A DNA stretch of 63,980 nt, the filler included, from Dimargaris cristalligena (Eukaryota), in assembly GCA_003614675.1 (NCBI GenBank). It is 3 parts of 3 records of this genome, joined end to end, with 100 filler letters (N's around TTAATTAATTAA, not from the genome) between each part and the next. Parts side by side here need not be neighbours in the genome. Positions count along the whole stretch, not along the records: positions 46,676 to 63,980 come from ML002810.1; 2 more parts are not named here. One strand, 5' to 3'. The notes beneath the pieces were generated by a model that saw nothing but the letters and a program-made list of their open reading frames with translations, was not told the origin of the DNA and ran no database searches. Positions 61,978 through 63,980 of this stretch are shown piece by piece; the stretch's first letter is position 1, and the number at the start of each line of letters is the position of its first letter. The position numbers were made by a program, and so were the translations under genes.

Positions 61978-63980
61978 ATGAATCCGCCCGTTTCGTCCGC
62001 CGCCACCGCCGGTCTCTCCCTGGAGGACCTGGGCATTGACCTACAGGCCCTGTCCTCCATGGGCGCCGACTTTGACCTTTCGGCCCACACCAGCAATGGT
62101 GGTGCTTTTCACCTATCCGCCGACGGCTCGACCGCCCACCACCACCTGAATCTCCCCGCGAACACATTTTTCCACCCGGCCCACCACCAGCAGCAGCCTC
62201 CCGTGTCCGCTGCCCCGCCCACCCGCAAATACAGCCCCCAAACAACTTCCCTGCTCGAGCAACTGCAGGTGACCCTACAGCGGGCCCAGTCCGCCGGTAA
62301 CTACGAACTCATTCGCCAGCTTCAGGTCCTCATTCAGTTCCAGGGCGGCCTACCCCAGACCCCTTTGAGCATGGCCCTCCACCCGTCTTCGGCCTCCTCG
62401 CACCACCCGACATCCTCCCCGCTTTTCGGAAACTCGCTGGGCCACAATCAGCCCACCCTGCTCCACACCCCTATCCCTAACACCGACCAGTCCCTACAAT
62501 CACCCGCTGTTTCCCCCACCCTATTGCCTGAGGCCGCCATGGGTATGCCCCCGCCGGCCGCTCGCAAACGGCAGCACCCCGACCAGTCGTCCGCTGGGGG
62601 CCCCCCCGCCACCGCCTTCCCGCACGCAGCCACTATCATGTCGCCCCTGAAGCGACCTAACCAAGCCCGACCCCCTGTTTCCGACCAAGCCCCGCGTAAA
62701 CCAGCCCGGTCCCGGACCACGTCGTCCCGACAGGCCACGCCCCGGGTGCGACCTACGGTAGAATCCAGCCCTATGCACCGACCGCCCGAATCCCCCGCCA
62801 TGCTGGCCGAAGCCCAGGAAAATTACGTCAATGCCGCTCTCCTGAACTCCCCCTTCTTCTTTGGCGCAGCTGCATGGTCACCCTGGATGCATCCCGACGC
62901 CCAGGCCCTGGCCAACCTAAGCCTCGCCAGTCCCGGGATGCTGCAGTCCCCCGCCTTCAGTCTTTCGGCTCACACGAGTCCATTGTTCATCCCCCACGGC
63001 GGTGGGCCCCATCAAGGCCCGGCGGTGTCCGCTCCCTTCCCGCCCCTCAATGGCACGACGGTCCCGGCCCAAATGGACTTTACCCTGGGTAGTCCGGGCC
63101 TATCCGCCGCGCCCAATCCCTTGGGGCCTGCCGCTATCGCCAGCACCTCCACGGCCCCTCCAGTTGCGATGTTGGCCTCGCTTAGATCATTGGAATCCCA
63201 CTCCCGGCTGACCGCCGCTTCCTCTATTTTACCCACCGCTAGCTCGACCCCAAATTCTTTGAACCGGTTCCAGGCGCCACCCAGCGAAAACACCTCTAGC
63301 TCGCGCTCCAACACCAACACCAACTCCAGCTCCCGATCCCGACCCACTCCCCCGCGACTGGACCAACAGCAAATGTCACTGGCCCCTGCCACACCCGCCT
63401 CTCTGATGCAGCTTAATATCCAATCCGCCGACATGGCCCAAGAGTCCGGGGCGGCCACTATGACCGCCGAACCGTCCCTGGATTCACTGGCCATGCCGCC
63501 CCCTGTTTGCCCCATGCAAAGCCCCACCAGCTTAGTCCACGAGAGCGCCACCACGCCCCCAGAAAAGCTGGCTGAGGAGCCCGCCGCTTCTCAATGTAAG
63601 CCCCGAGGGCGACCCAAGCGGCCCAAGTCGGCCAAGGGCACCCCGGTTATGTCAGGGTCCGCCCCCCAGTCGCACCCGACCCGAACTTCTTTGGGTTCGG
63701 CTCCAGCGGGACCTGTGCCAAGCGGCACCGTTCCTCCCTCGTTTGTGGCCCCCATCCCACCCTCATCTCCAGCCAAATCGATAGCTCTGACCTCTCCCGG
63801 TATGGGTCCCACGGCACCTCCTTCGTTGATCGAAGCGTCGCCCTCCATATCCGCCACGGACACTTCCCGGTCCCACCGCATCGTTGACCGACCGACCCTC
63901 ACTCCCAAGGGGGTGACGCGGGCCTCGGTGGACTCCAAGGGAATTCCCAAGATTCCGATATCCCCTCTACCCAAATCTGC
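61978..63980 (+). CDS. 5' part (>660 codons, open to the window edge) of a Pro/Ser-rich regulator, probably a Pho4/NUC-1-type bHLH transcription factor
   Basis: Uninterrupted frame from ATG 61978 (MNPPVSSAATAGLSLEDLGIDLQ...), missing from the ORF track because there is no stop in the window. Many SP sites and the motif LAPATPASLMQL recalled from Pho4-like fungal factors; a bHLH domain is not visible. Confidence 0.6.
   Translation, partial: MNPPVSSAATAGLSLEDLGIDLQALSSMGADFDLSAHTSNGGAFHLSADGSTAHHHLNLPANTFFHPAHHQQQPPVSAAPPTRKYSPQTTSLLEQLQVTLQRAQSAGNYELIRQLQVLIQFQGGLPQTPLSMALHPSSASSHHPTSSPLFGNSLGHNQPTLLHTPIPNTDQSLQSPAVSPTLLPEAAMGMPPPAARKRQHPDQSSAGGPPATAFPHAATIMSPLKRPNQARPPVSDQAPRKPARSRTTSSRQATPRVRPTVESSPMHRPPESPAMLAEAQENYVNAALLNSPFFFGAAAWSPWMHPDAQALANLSLASPGMLQSPAFSLSAHTSPLFIPHGGGPHQGPAVSAPFPPLNGTTVPAQMDFTLGSPGLSAAPNPLGPAAIASTSTAPPVAMLASLRSLESHSRLTAASSILPTASSTPNSLNRFQAPPSENTSSSRSNTNTNSSSRSRPTPPRLDQQQMSLAPATPASLMQLNIQSADMAQESGAATMTAEPSLDSLAMPPPVCPMQSPTSLVHESATTPPEKLAEEPAASQCKPRGRPKRPKSAKGTPVMSGSAPQSHPTRTSLGSAPAGPVPSGTVPPSFVAPIPPSSPAKSIALTSPGMGPTAPPSLIEASPSISATDTSRSHRIVDRPTLTPKGVTRASVDSKGIPKIPISPLPKS

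Noticed and set aside
62448-63974. Minus-strand Gly/Arg-rich ORFs at the right end
   Set aside because: Antisense shadows of the long plus-strand ORF starting at 61978.

Overview
Eukaryotic, intron-containing fungal genomic DNA (GT-AG introns mostly ~150-350 nt, CTAAC-type branch points). Gene style suggests an early-diverging fungus, plausibly Zoopagomycota; this is inference only. The window is three blocks joined by two artificial 100-nt spacers (44 N + TTAATTAATTAA + 44 N), so adjacency across them is not trustworthy. Block 1: ECM29 (runs off the left edge), a small secreted prepro-peptide gene, DBP10 divergent from a dual-start cysteinyl-tRNA synthetase, a Cys-rich small heat-shock protein and the 3' part of a COG1-like gene. 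Block 2: the C-terminus of an S8 subtilase, two lineage-specific secreted-protein genes interrupted by in-frame TAA codons, myotubularin, NSRP1/CCDC55, NSE2/MMS21, VFA1, RECQL, a Gly/Asn-rich CsbD-like hydrophilin and a long coiled-coil tail (possibly kinesin). Block 3: an ~8 kb ORF-poor region holding an unannotated 39-codon microprotein candidate, a 9-exon FAM172A/Arb2-family gene, MTQ2/HEMK2 with a +1 frameshift in a G8 run, YIH1/IMPACT, and the start of a Pro/Ser-rich probable Pho4/NUC-1-type regulator. I found no rRNA, tRNA, CRISPR array or recognisable transposon. Best leads: (i) three unrelated secreted precursors sharing an L-[Y/V]-R-R processing site, (ii) stop-interrupted secreted genes whose lesions fit C>T decay or possibly RNA-level rescue, (iii) the microprotein gene. 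All protein identities come from recalled motifs, not database searches.
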